Of a stretch of 48,568 bases of DNA, positions 1 through 8,851 are shown one piece after another (the stretch's first letter is position 1; each line of letters begins with the position of its first letter). This DNA is from an uncultured Gammaproteobacteria bacterium (GTDB taxonomy: Bacteria > Patescibacteriota > Microgenomatia > Levybacterales > GWA1-39-11), in contig CAZQIA010000001.1 in NCBI GenBank assembly GCA_964593215.1, positions 1 to 48,568 on the forward strand, in the 5' to 3' direction. Both the position numbers and the translations under genes were made by a program. The notes under the pieces are model-generated. The model was not told the origin of the DNA and did no database searches. It saw only the letters and a program-made list of their open reading frames with translations.

Positions 1-1
1 A

Positions 2-475
2 AAGTACAATATTGAGCTTACTTCCAAAACAGCGCAGATCATAGCTGAAAGGTTTGAAAACACACGTGCCCTTGAAGGTTTTCTGCTAAAACTTTCGACG
101 CTTCAAACAGTACAAAGGGGACTGGAACCAACAGAAAAAGAAATACTATCTCTTATGGGAAAACCTAAAGAAAAACCCACTTTTTTACATCCCGATACAA
201 TTATTGATTCTGTTTGTGATTTTTACAACATTAAGCCTACCCAGCTAAAGGGAGACAGACGCGACGCTGTTTTTGTTAAACCTAGACATGTGTGCATGTT
301 TCTATTAAAAGAAGAGGGGATGTTACCCCTAGCCGAAATTGGAAATCTTTTGGGTGGTCGGGACCACACAACCATTATGCATGGAGTTGAAAAGGTAAGG
401 GTTTTATTAGAAACACAGGAAAGAGTAAGAGAAGAGGTCTCTTATATCCGTGGAAAGATTTCTGAAAACAACTAG
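2..475 (+). CDS. dnaA: Chromosomal replication initiator DnaA, C-terminal part (5' end lies upstream of the window)
   Basis: Frame 2 is open from base 2 (..NTRALEGFLLKL..). It continues into the domain IV DNA-binding signature FVKPRHVCMFLLKE..IGNLLGGRDHTTIMHGVEKV. dnaN follows directly. Confidence 0.93.
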   Translation, partial: KYNIELTSKTAQIIAERFENTRALEGFLLKLSTLQTVQRGLEPTEKEILSLMGKPKEKPTFLHPDTIIDSVCDFYNIKPTQLKGDRRDAVFVKPRHVCMFLLKEEGMLPLAEIGNLLGGRDHTTIMHGVEKVRVLLETQERVREEVSYIRGKISENN

Positions 476-540
476 TTTTTTTTCTTTGTTTTGTTGGGTG
501 TTGTTTTTTTAAACAAAAAGTTAACACTGTTTTCCTTTAG

Positions 541-583
541 TTTTCCACATTTTTTCTTGCTTCTTTAATTGCTTTTTTCCACT
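541..583. promoter_or_regulatory. Two DnaA-box-like 9-mers in the dnaA-dnaN spacer (possible oriC fragment)
   Basis: TTTTCCACA at 541-549 matches TTATCCACA at 8/9. TTTTCCACT at 575-583 matches at 7/9. Both lie in a T-rich 148-bp spacer. Confidence 0.3.
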
Positions 584-623
584 TGTGCAACTATACTACT
601 ACTGTTTCTAAAGTATATTAATT

Positions 624-1730
624 ATGGAAGCCGAGTTTTTAATAGAAAATTTAATTCCTTACACGGGGTCTCTTCTTCGTGTCTTAACGCCACACTCACA
701 AATACCGGTTCAGACGAGCGTATTAATAGAGGCAACACAAAAAGGTCTTTCTTTTTCAGCAACAGACCTGGACTTTGCAATCCAACACACAATCCCCGCA
801 AAAACAGAGAAGGAGGGAGGAGTGATGGTACCAGGAAAACAATTTTTGGAAGTTGTAGCGTCTTTAGGACAAGGGAAGGCGATTATTACCCAGGATAAAG
901 ACACCCTAAAACTGCAAACACAAAAAAACAAATTCTCCTTTCAATGTCTTCCAAAAGACGAATTTCCAAAACTGTACGAAGAAAAGGGAAGACAAATTTT
1001 AAAAAAAGAAAAAAAAGCATTTGAAGAGGTGTTTTCAAAGTTAATTTTTGCGGTTTCTCAAGACGAGTCAAGACCGCATCTAACAGGGATCTGTGTTAAA
1101 AGAAGAGAAAAAACCACAGAGTATATCGCAACAGACGGGTACAGGCTGTCTTTGGTTAAAATAGAGGACGAAGAAGGGGAAGAAGAATTGGGGGAGGGAA
1201 TTATTTTATCGCCAAGACTAGTTGCTGAAGGACTATCCCTGAAGGAGGGCGAAGAAATAAACCTTTTTGTAAACGAAGAAAACAATCAAGCAATACTTCA
1301 GACAACAGGAACCACGCTTATAGGAAGGCTTATAGAGGGCTCCTACCCAGATTATGAGAGGGTTTTGCCTAAAAATTTATCCATAGACATCGAGCTAGAC
1401 GCTTTAGAAATGTCTAAGAACCTAAAAACAATTCTGGTTTTTGCCCGAGAGAACGCAAACGTAGTGAATCTAAGATTTGAACAGAACACGCTTTATATGG
1501 ATGCTTCCTCTGGAGCATTAGGGCAAGCAGAAGTAACAATGGATACAAAACAGGCAGGGGACGATGTGTCTATTAGTTTTAACATAAAGTTTCTTTTGGA
1601 TTTGCTGCGGGTTATAGAGGATAAGGAGATAAAAATAAGGCTGAACAGCTCAACAGAGCCAGCGTTATTTGAGATCTCAGGGTTAAGTACGTTTCTACAC
1701 GTTATCATGCCCGTACGGGTACAGGACTAA
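624..1730 (+). CDS. dnaN: DNA polymerase III beta sliding clamp
   Basis: 368 aa, three-domain clamp length. It sits immediately after dnaA. Typical motifs are present: ..SRPHLTGICV.., ..ATDGYRLS.., ..GSYPDYERVLP.., ..ISFNIKFLLDLL.., ..FLHVIMPVR. Confidence 0.95.
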   Translation: MEAEFLIENLIPYTGSLLRVLTPHSQIPVQTSVLIEATQKGLSFSATDLDFAIQHTIPAKTEKEGGVMVPGKQFLEVVASLGQGKAIITQDKDTLKLQTQKNKFSFQCLPKDEFPKLYEEKGRQILKKEKKAFEEVFSKLIFAVSQDESRPHLTGICVKRREKTTEYIATDGYRLSLVKIEDEEGEEELGEGIILSPRLVAEGLSLKEGEEINLFVNEENNQAILQTTGTTLIGRLIEGSYPDYERVLPKNLSIDIELDALEMSKNLKTILVFARENANVVNLRFEQNTLYMDASSGALGQAEVTMDTKQAGDDVSISFNIKFLLDLLRVIEDKEIKIRLNSSTEPALFEISGLSTFLHVIMPVRVQD

Positions 1731-2215
1731 TAAGCAGCCCGTGATGGAGGGGAGGAGGGAAGCGCTGAGTGGATAATGTAAACAAAAGGGGTGGAGAGGC
1801 GCGTGTTACTGTAGGAAACGGTTTCTTGAAGAATAGTAATTTTTGTTTCCCCGTTTTGCCATACTGTTTTTGGATAAAGAGTTAACTTATCTTTTTCGTC
1901 ACCCTGCGTAAAATAATATTCTACTTTTGGAAAAACATCTATCTTTATCCCTTCTTTAGAGACATTTTGGCTAAACAGTATTTCTATTGGCTGATCGGGA
2001 TAATAGGCTGTTTTCTGGTCGCTTGGTGTAAAACCTAACACCGTAAACTCTTCTGGATTTTTGGTTGTTTTTGTGGGATTTATATTGGTAGAATTTTCTG
2101 TGTTACTCTGTTTTTCATTGGGTTTTAGGAAAAAAGACAAAAATAGAAAAAAAATTATAATTAATAAAACAACAATACCAATTACAATAATTTTGAGTCT
2201 ATAACTAAATTCCAT
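1727..2215 (-). CDS. Bitopic membrane protein with extracellular Ig-like (SbsA/Big_5-like) domain, last gene of the T4SS-like operon
   Basis: N-terminal TM helix (IIVIGIVVLLIIIFFLFLSFF) followed by a beta-rich segment. Its stop overlaps the dnaN stop convergently. Confidence 0.55.
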   Translation of the reverse strand: MEFSYRLKIIVIGIVVLLIIIFFLFLSFFLKPNEKQSNTENSTNINPTKTTKNPEEFTVLGFTPSDQKTAYYPDQPIEILFSQNVSKEGIKIDVFPKVEYYFTQGDEKDKLTLYPKTVWQNGETKITILQETVSYSNTRLSTPFVYIIHSALPSSPPSRAAY

Positions 2216-2217
2216 AG

Positions 2218-2835
2218 CTATTTACAAAAGTAATCGGGTGCATCTACCCATTGTGTTCCTGATGCTGTAACCTTAGCAAATTCTACATGTACGTGGTGCA
2301 TGTTGCAACCATTTCCGCATATTTTTGCTCCTACATCTCCAGAGGAGAGGTTTCCTCCACCACTTCCCGGATCTGTATGGTGAAATTGAATTCTGTATTT
2401 TTCTCCGGAAGAAGGTTCAGTCCCAGAATAAACTTGGATTGCTTGATTCCCAATGTTGTTTGTTTGTCCCAAAAAAGCCCATGTAATTATCTTGCCATCT
2501 ACGGAAGGGAGAATCACGTTTTGAAAATCGCTACCCCCTATGTCCATAGCATAATGTATTCCGGGGTAATTTGGATCCGTGCAAAGAGGTCTTAATTGAG
2601 CAGGATCAATATTTATATAGTCTTGTGTGCAGTGTCCGCATCCATTAACGTTAACTCGTTCACTGCCACAGGTAATAACCCCATTTGGTATGGGACACGC
2701 TGCGATTGCTCCCGCAGGGCTTCCCACGCGTGTTGTGACAGTGTTACTGCTGTTACTAAATTGTGCCAATGTTTTTATTGGCACAATAAATAAAATGCCA
2801 GTGACTAAAAATAACAATATAATTAACTTTTTCAT
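2218..2835 (-). CDS. Secreted M23/LytM-family metallopeptidase-like protein
   Basis: Signal peptide MKKLIILLFLVTGILFIVPIKTLA. HxxxD motif (HYAMD) and terminal HxH motif (HHVHVEF, compare PHLHFE of M23). The ATG at 2835 is preceded by a GGAAGGG SD-like sequence; the ORF track shows a GTG at 2844. Confidence 0.55.
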   Translation of the reverse strand: MKKLIILLFLVTGILFIVPIKTLAQFSNSSNTVTTRVGSPAGAIAACPIPNGVITCGSERVNVNGCGHCTQDYINIDPAQLRPLCTDPNYPGIHYAMDIGGSDFQNVILPSVDGKIITWAFLGQTNNIGNQAIQVYSGTEPSSGEKYRIQFHHTDPGSGGGNLSSGDVGAKICGNGCNMHHVHVEFAKVTASGTQWVDAPDYFCK

Positions 2836-2837
2836 AA

Positions 2838-3374
2838 TTAACACCCTTCCGGTAATGGATTAAATAAAGCGTGAGATTCAAGAATGGATGATTTTACCTC
2901 AGAACTAAGATAAAAGGACAGAGGGAGCTTGCAAACATCTTCCTTCGTAAACCCTTTAGATATTAAAAAGTCTACCGCGTCTTTTTTAGCCTGAGAAATG
3001 TTGACACTTCTTATTTCTGCAATAAAAGCGTCCATAGACGGGAGGTAAGCTATTTGTACATTGCTATTGGTAAAAACCTCACCTGGCTTACTGTTTAGGT
3101 TTTGAACAATTGTATTTTTGGAATTTTGTCCATCATCAGAAAGAGCCCTTCTGTTTTTGGAAAGATCAATAAGTTTATTACTTTTTTCAGGGTTGTAAGA
3201 AAACGGAGGGGGGGAGACATTAGTTTCTTTTTGATTTGGAATAAGCGTAGGAATTGCCACTTTAGGATTATTGGGAATAGGTGAATTTTGTCCTAAGTAC
3301 TCAAAAATAATAAACACAACTATTAGAAATAGGGTAGTAAAGACGGCAACTAAAATAAAAAGTAGTGTTTTCAT
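2838..3374 (-). CDS. Bitopic membrane protein in the PrgL/VirB8 position (function unknown)
   Basis: Start MKTLLFILVAVFTTLFLIVVFIIF. The ATG at 3374 overlaps the TGA of the upstream gene (ATGA coupling). It has one N-terminal TM and an extracytoplasmic domain. The VirB8-like call rests on gene order only. Confidence 0.5.
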   Translation of the reverse strand: MKTLLFILVAVFTTLFLIVVFIIFEYLGQNSPIPNNPKVAIPTLIPNQKETNVSPPPFSYNPEKSNKLIDLSKNRRALSDDGQNSKNTIVQNLNSKPGEVFTNSNVQIAYLPSMDAFIAEIRSVNISQAKKDAVDFLISKGFTKEDVCKLPLSFYLSSEVKSSILESHALFNPLPEGC

Positions 3375-5986
3375 CTTTGGGTTACTCCCTGCCAGGCCTG
3401 CCAATATCCGGGAGGACCAGCGTAAGGAACACCGTTGGCTCTAAGAGTTGCGGCAAGTCCCATAGCATTTGTGGTTTGCTCACTCCATCCAACATTCCCT
3501 ACATCATTTGGGCCACTCGTGCTTTTTCCTTTAGGATTCATCTGGTAGAGTCCGTATGCGCCGTTGCCGCTCGTAGAAGATCCACTAAAAGCGTTTGGGT
3601 TCCAACTAGATTCCTTTGGAATAACTACCTGAAACCATGCATCAGCGTTATTTGGATCCTGTGATTTAAGAATTTCACCTACTGCATTTTGAGCTTGGAT
3701 ACGGCTTGCATCAGTTGCAAAGTCACAATTGGGATCTCCAAAGTTTGCCGAAGGGCTTGTAAGCGTATAATAACCATTGCAGGTATCTGAGTTTGGTGTT
3801 GTTACATTTTGTGTTGAATTTGCCATTGCCGTTGCGCTGTTGCTTATTATTATATTATCACTTACCGGTTCTACTATTAGAGTAAGCGGGCTTGTGTTTG
3901 CAGGGTCTGAGAGTTTCCAGCTCACCGTGTTAGCGCCGGTGTCAAAGCTGGAATTACCCGAGGCGCTTATAAATTTTGCACCGCTAGAGATTTTATCTGA
4001 AATTGTTATGTCTGAAATTTGAATGGTTGTACCGGAAGAAGGAGTGTAGGAGTAAGTTATTGTATAAGTGATTCTTTCAGGGCTAGATGGGTTATAAGTT
4101 ATCTGTGTTTTATCAACTTGTTTATTTATGGTAAAGCCAGGTATTGGATTTGTGTTTGGTGGAGTGGTTCCCCCATTGCTTCCTCCGCCTGTGTCTCCAC
4201 CTACTCCTCCTGAAAAATTACTGGATCCCCCACCAGTTGCTGTTATTATGATAATAAGCATTGCAACAAAAAACCCAACTACTAATAAGGCTATTCCTAT
4301 TCCCAAAAGGACTGGTGGATTGCCGATAATTGCCGCTGCAGCTTTTTGCTCTAATTGTTGAAGAGCTTGCCCCGCCAGTTTTCCCTCCTTTTTTTTTACG
4401 GCTCTCGTACCATAACCTGAACCTGATCCTCGCGTTCCTCCTCCAATCCATACGCTTCTTCCTCCCAAGATGCGTTTGGAGGTAAAGGATTTTAAAGAAA
4501 AAAAACGGGTGGGTATGTTTTGACTGTAACCTGCAAAAGTTTGTGAGGGTGAACCTCCTGCATTTTTTGACCCAGAAGTACCTTTTCCTTGAGTAAGCTT
4601 TTGATTGTTTTTTTTCTTTTCTCCCCATTCTCGCATTTTCCACACTTTTGAATCTCTAAGCTTGTTGTAAAGAGCTTTGGGGTTAAATCCTCTCAATTTT
4701 GCCAATGCAATAATCTGGTCATTTTTTTCCTTTTGATATTCAAACGCATTTTTTCTTCTTCTGGTTACTTTCTGCACCCCCTTACCGGTAACCGTTGTCG
4801 CAATGCCAAGAGGAGTAATGTTTTTTACAATCGAAAAAAGCCGGCTCTTTTTGTGTTTAGCTGTGTCAGGAGCTATCAATGAAGTGTCCTCGTTTTTGTA
4901 TTGTTTTCCACGTATTTTATTTATCCCGAGCTTTCCGATCGAGGCTGCGATTCCAACAGGGGTAAGGTTCTTGGCAATAGACATCCCCCAGTGTTTCGAG
5001 TGTTTTTTTTGCGCAGACTGCTCTTTTTCAATTTCCTCAACTGTTTTCTTGCCAAAAACGCGCTGTTTTGCGCGTGAGCCTAAGAACCCAACAACAAATC
5101 CTGCTGGAGTACTATAAAGAAGTGCTCGCCCTGCTTTTTCAGTCGCTGTATTTTTATGAGGTTTTAAGGAGGAGGATGCAGGTTCTTCAGCTTGTTTTTC
5201 TTTTGCATTTTTTCCTCTGGTACGTCTTAGCCCCTCGGTTGCGGCGCTATATGCAATTCCAGCTGGCGTTGTATTTTTAAGAATACTTGTGGCAATGTTC
5301 CCTTTTTTCCTTTCAGCTTCAGAAGGCTCACCCTCCAGAGGTTCTTGAGAAGAGCCACCTTCAGATTTTTGTAAATTTCCTCCCGAGAGCTTTTGGGATG
5401 CGGCTCCTGCAAGACTTGCTGCAATTCCTACTGGTGTTGAGTTCTTGACAACAGTCTTTAAAATACTTCCCGACTTTTTTTGAGAGTCACTTACTATCCT
5501 TTCGGCCTCATCTACCGCAGAGTTTGCTTCATTTGATGAAATGGCGTGTTCAGCATCAGTATTGGATGGTTTACCCGATGCCGGCTGTGCAGCTGGAGTA
5601 GTTTCTTGCTCCTCCACTATTCTTATAGCTTCCTGAACGGCTGCACGTGCGTCTTCAGAGGAAAGTGTTTTTGTTTGAGCACCTGAAATACCAGAGCGGC
5701 TTGCTGTCGATTGTCTTGAAAGTTCTTCGACCCGTGTGTTTCCCCGTCCTTCCTCTATTTGAAATTCACCAGCAGAGTTACTGTCAAATTCTATTTTTGT
5801 GCCTTTTCCCAGTGTTCTTTTTGTGTTAACAGTTGAGGTTGGCGTTTTCTGAGCTGCAGTTATAGGTGAGGAGGCTTGGCTAGGAATGGTTCTTTGTGAA
5901 GAAGGAGGACTCGAACTACCATCAGGATTTCTAATGCTTGTGGCTGGATTATTTGTTTTTTTGTCAGGAGCATTAGTTGTTGCCAT
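3371..5986 (-). CDS. 871-aa bitopic T4SS-associated protein: repeat-rich cytoplasmic N-terminus, TM, Ig-like region, C-terminal lytic transglycosylase (VirB1/PrgK-like)
   Basis: C-terminus reads ..VIPKESSWNPNAF..GNGAYGLYQMN.., the catalytic E-S and GLxQ motif of SLT/GEWL-type transglycosylases. The TM is PVLLGIGIALLVVGFFVAMLIIIITA. It lies directly downstream of VirB4. Confidence 0.7.
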   Translation of the reverse strand: MATTNAPDKKTNNPATSIRNPDGSSSPPSSQRTIPSQASSPITAAQKTPTSTVNTKRTLGKGTKIEFDSNSAGEFQIEEGRGNTRVEELSRQSTASRSGISGAQTKTLSSEDARAAVQEAIRIVEEQETTPAAQPASGKPSNTDAEHAISSNEANSAVDEAERIVSDSQKKSGSILKTVVKNSTPVGIAASLAGAASQKLSGGNLQKSEGGSSQEPLEGEPSEAERKKGNIATSILKNTTPAGIAYSAATEGLRRTRGKNAKEKQAEEPASSSLKPHKNTATEKAGRALLYSTPAGFVVGFLGSRAKQRVFGKKTVEEIEKEQSAQKKHSKHWGMSIAKNLTPVGIAASIGKLGINKIRGKQYKNEDTSLIAPDTAKHKKSRLFSIVKNITPLGIATTVTGKGVQKVTRRRKNAFEYQKEKNDQIIALAKLRGFNPKALYNKLRDSKVWKMREWGEKKKNNQKLTQGKGTSGSKNAGGSPSQTFAGYSQNIPTRFFSLKSFTSKRILGGRSVWIGGGTRGSGSGYGTRAVKKKEGKLAGQALQQLEQKAAAAIIGNPPVLLGIGIALLVVGFFVAMLIIIITATGGGSSNFSGGVGGDTGGGSNGGTTPPNTNPIPGFTINKQVDKTQITYNPSSPERITYTITYSYTPSSGTTIQISDITISDKISSGAKFISASGNSSFDTGANTVSWKLSDPANTSPLTLIVEPVSDNIIISNSATAMANSTQNVTTPNSDTCNGYYTLTSPSANFGDPNCDFATDASRIQAQNAVGEILKSQDPNNADAWFQVVIPKESSWNPNAFSGSSTSGNGAYGLYQMNPKGKSTSGPNDVGNVGWSEQTTNAMGLAATLRANGVPYAGPPGYWQAWQGVTQR
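4757..5467 (-). repeat. Five intragenic protein repeats with core N-x-(S/T)-T-P-x-G-(I/F)-(A/V)
   Basis: The five copies are VVKNSTPVGIAASLAG, ILKNTTPAGIAYSAAT, LLYSTPAGFVVGFLGS, IAKNLTPVGIAASIGK and IVKNITPLGIATTVTG. They fall at about aa 174-410 of the 871-aa protein, and each is followed by a basic stretch. Confidence 0.8.
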
Positions 5987-6004
5987 AGCATGTTAGTAAG
6001 TTTT

Positions 6005-8200
6005 TCATCCATTATTTGCTTGCTGGGTTGTAGTTGAGGATGGCATAGGTGGAGGTGTGGGTATATTTGGGGTTACAGCAGGCTGAGTAGGGGCTTGAGC
6101 TGGTTGCGGTGCAGTAGGAGAATTCCATGAAGCTGGTGCAGGGGCTTGAGTAGGTGGCGTTTGAGCAGGTTGTGATTGCAAGGCATCAGCTGGAGCTGGT
6201 GTAGCTAATGGTTGAGCTGTAGACACTGGTTGGGGTGCTGAGACGGGCTGAGGCGTCTCAACAGAAGGGATACTTGACGTTTGAGACGGAGAAGGGGCGC
6301 TTTGTTGTTCTATGAATTTTTCAGCAGCCCCATTTTTAGACTGTTCGTCTTCTATGATGTCTTGTGGTTTTGAAGTGATTATTTGATATTCAAAATTAGA
6401 CGCCATGAACTGTGCGGTTATATGATTCTGTCCTGCAAATAAAAGCCCTTCTCCTACCTGTGCGGTGAGCAAAAACTGCTTTTCTCCTTCTGATAGATTT
6501 AATGTTGCCGCTAAAGTTTCCACTTCAGAAGAGTTTTGTTTTAAAAGAATCTGCATAGAAGAGTTTGATAAAATTGCCTTTCCATAATCAGAAGACAAAA
6601 AGTCCTCTATGTCCTGTGTTAATGTGGTTACGCCTAGATAGTATTTTCTTGCACGCTTTGCAATTCCTTGTAAAAATGACGCCGAGTCCGGATTTTTCAT
6701 TAAGTACCATGCCTCATCCACTATTAAAATTCTTTTCTTAAGTCGTGTTCTTACTCTGTTCCAGATAAAGTCTAAAATTACCTGCATCGCAACAGGGCGC
6801 AGAGCATCTTCTAACTGCTTTATGGAAAAAACAGTGAGTTGATTTTTAACATCATAGTTTGTCTGTTCGTTTAAAAGCCCTGCAAATCCTCCCTTTACAT
6901 ATTTTTCAAGCCTAAACGCAAGGTCTTTTGCATCCTGCTCCTCCATATTAAGAAGTGTTTTATAAAGATCTTCTAAGATGGGTGGTTCTTTGTCATAAGT
7001 AGAAGGGTCAGGGGTAATTCCTTTTTGCTTGTAGCAAAGCACTAAGCTTCTGTCTAGAATTGCTTCTTGAGTTGGCGTAAAACTTCCAAGCATTGTTTTA
7101 AGAAGTGAGTGCATGGAAAGAATTTTTATACCAAGCTGAGCTTCTGTTTTATCATCAGATAAGAGCGCAAATGGGTTAATTTTTACCTCAGAGTCTTTTG
7201 AAAAAGATATATACTCTCCATCAAGCGCATGGCACAAAGTTTTATACTCATCCTCTGGGTCTATAATAAGAATTTCAGCATCAAACATCATTTGACGCAA
7301 CACTTCAAGCTTAACCAGGAAAGATTTTCCAGCACCAGATTTTCCAAAAACTACTGAATTTGCGTTCTCAAAAGAGAACCTGTCTATAATTACAAGTGAA
7401 TTGTTAAGAGTATTTACTCCGTAAAAAATTCCGTTAGGGTGAGAAATTTCATAAGAGGTAAAAGGAAATGTTGAAGCAACAGACGTGGTGTCCATATTGC
7501 GTGTTACAAAAAGCTTATCTGTTCCTAGGGGCAGTGTGGTTTTGAATCCGTCTTCCATCTGAAGAGTAGCGGGTTTAATAACTAAAAGGTTAGACGCAAG
7601 AAGTGAAGTCAATTCATTTGTCTTTTTATTCAGTTCATCTAGTGTTTTTGCAGCAAGCGTGATATACAGCCCAAACTGGAAAAACCGCTCCAAACCGCGC
7701 GCAAGTTCTTCCCGCAGGGCAACAGCATCTTCCAGCGCCGCTCTTACTTTTGGGTCTGGTTCTGTACCGTTTTTCATATCAGACTCTATGGTTGCCTCCA
7801 TTTCAGCAATTTTGCGTCTCAGGTTAGACAGAATATCCTTGCTTTCAACGGGATAAATAAACATGGAAACATTCATGGTTTCCTTATAATCTATGAGCAT
7901 AGAAAGCCATGAGGGAGAAACTTCTCTGGGATAATCAACCACTATAAAAGATCTGTAGAACGCGTCTCCAACTCTAATATGCTTAAAGTCAACCTCCACA
8001 GAAGAAGGAGCTATAAGATCAACCAGGGAGATGGACCCCTTTTTAAGAGTTTCAATCCCTTTTTGAATAGCAGGGTCAACGGCGTGATGGGTTGGTTGTT
8101 GGGCTGTGGTTCCGGAAGGAACAACTATAGTTCCTGTTGGGGCTGAGGTAACAGGAGGAGTCTGTGCTGTTTGATTTTTTTTTGATCCTAAACCTAGCAT
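6005..8200 (-). CDS. virB4: VirB4/TrbE/PrgJ-family type IV secretion ATPase with Pro/Gln/Thr/Ala-rich C-terminal tail
   Basis: Walker A FGKSGAGKSF and Walker B ILIVDEAWYLM. The N-terminal domain pattern ..IRVGDAFYRSFIVVDYPREVSPSWLSML.. is typical of VirB4. It sits next to a PrgI-like gene. Confidence 0.85.
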   Translation of the reverse strand: MLGLGSKKNQTAQTPPVTSAPTGTIVVPSGTTAQQPTHHAVDPAIQKGIETLKKGSISLVDLIAPSSVEVDFKHIRVGDAFYRSFIVVDYPREVSPSWLSMLIDYKETMNVSMFIYPVESKDILSNLRRKIAEMEATIESDMKNGTEPDPKVRAALEDAVALREELARGLERFFQFGLYITLAAKTLDELNKKTNELTSLLASNLLVIKPATLQMEDGFKTTLPLGTDKLFVTRNMDTTSVASTFPFTSYEISHPNGIFYGVNTLNNSLVIIDRFSFENANSVVFGKSGAGKSFLVKLEVLRQMMFDAEILIIDPEDEYKTLCHALDGEYISFSKDSEVKINPFALLSDDKTEAQLGIKILSMHSLLKTMLGSFTPTQEAILDRSLVLCYKQKGITPDPSTYDKEPPILEDLYKTLLNMEEQDAKDLAFRLEKYVKGGFAGLLNEQTNYDVKNQLTVFSIKQLEDALRPVAMQVILDFIWNRVRTRLKKRILIVDEAWYLMKNPDSASFLQGIAKRARKYYLGVTTLTQDIEDFLSSDYGKAILSNSSMQILLKQNSSEVETLAATLNLSEGEKQFLLTAQVGEGLLFAGQNHITAQFMASNFEYQIITSKPQDIIEDEQSKNGAAEKFIEQQSAPSPSQTSSIPSVETPQPVSAPQPVSTAQPLATPAPADALQSQPAQTPPTQAPAPASWNSPTAPQPAQAPTQPAVTPNIPTPPPMPSSTTTQQANNG

Positions 8201-8206
8201 AAAGTT

Positions 8207-8815
8207 TTAAATGATTATGTTTTTTATATCACTTGATGAGAAATCTACTGGAATTGCTTGCTGGTTATAAAGCTCAAAAAATATGCGTCCTAGTTCTTCT
8301 GCCTTCAAAGCTCTGCTTGAAAGACCAATTCTTTCAATTTGTGTCATGACGTTTGACCGTTTTGTTGCTAAAGATTCCGACACTCTGGTAGCAAAGTCTT
8401 TATTTGTTCCGGTTGGACCCAGCTCTAACGAGCTAAACGGAATAACGGCATATGTTTTTTTATCTAAGAGCCCGGCATCTTTAATGAGCTCCTGAATAAA
8501 CTCTTTATAAAGCCTTAGGTGTTCCTTGATTCTTTGGTTGTTAACCGTTCCTATTTTGTGGTCTAAGGACGCAATATATGAAGTAAGGTCTATTTTCTTA
8601 CTCACAATTACAATCTGAAGCGCAAAAGATAAAGAATTTAGTAGGGACATGTATCCATAAATCCTGGCATTCTGTTCATCTTGAGAAAGAAGAAAGAAGT
8701 TGACGCTTGAGACCTCTAAAATTGAGCAGGCGCCTCTTCCGCGCAAAAAAACTACATCTTCTTTAATGTCCTCTATTTCAATAAATGTTTGTGTGCTTGA
8801 TTTTATTTTCGACAT
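8207..8815 (-). CDS. Hypothetical T4SS-associated protein (202 aa, soluble)
   Basis: Lies between the PrgI-like and VirB4 genes in the same operon. The segment DVVFLRGRGACSILEVSSVNFFLLSQDEQNARIYGY resembles the N-terminal region of monoderm VirB4 proteins. This is a resemblance judged by eye only. Confidence 0.5.
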   Translation of the reverse strand: MSKIKSSTQTFIEIEDIKEDVVFLRGRGACSILEVSSVNFFLLSQDEQNARIYGYMSLLNSLSFALQIVIVSKKIDLTSYIASLDHKIGTVNNQRIKEHLRLYKEFIQELIKDAGLLDKKTYAVIPFSSLELGPTGTNKDFATRVSESLATKRSNVMTQIERIGLSSRALKAEELGRIFFELYNQQAIPVDFSSSDIKNIII

Positions 8816-8851
8816 ATTTATATAAGAAAAAATCTGTTCGTCGCTATATTT

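Noticed and set aside
3777-5829. Multiple 60-141-aa ORFs on both strands inside the 871-aa gene (for example 4218..4643 and 4803..5117)
   Set aside because: They are shadow or alternate-frame ORFs nested in a long gene with clear domain content. Their sequences are low-complexity with no motifs. The same reasoning applies to the nested ORFs inside dnaN, VirB4, the 1045-aa gene, nrdJ, T4CP and others.
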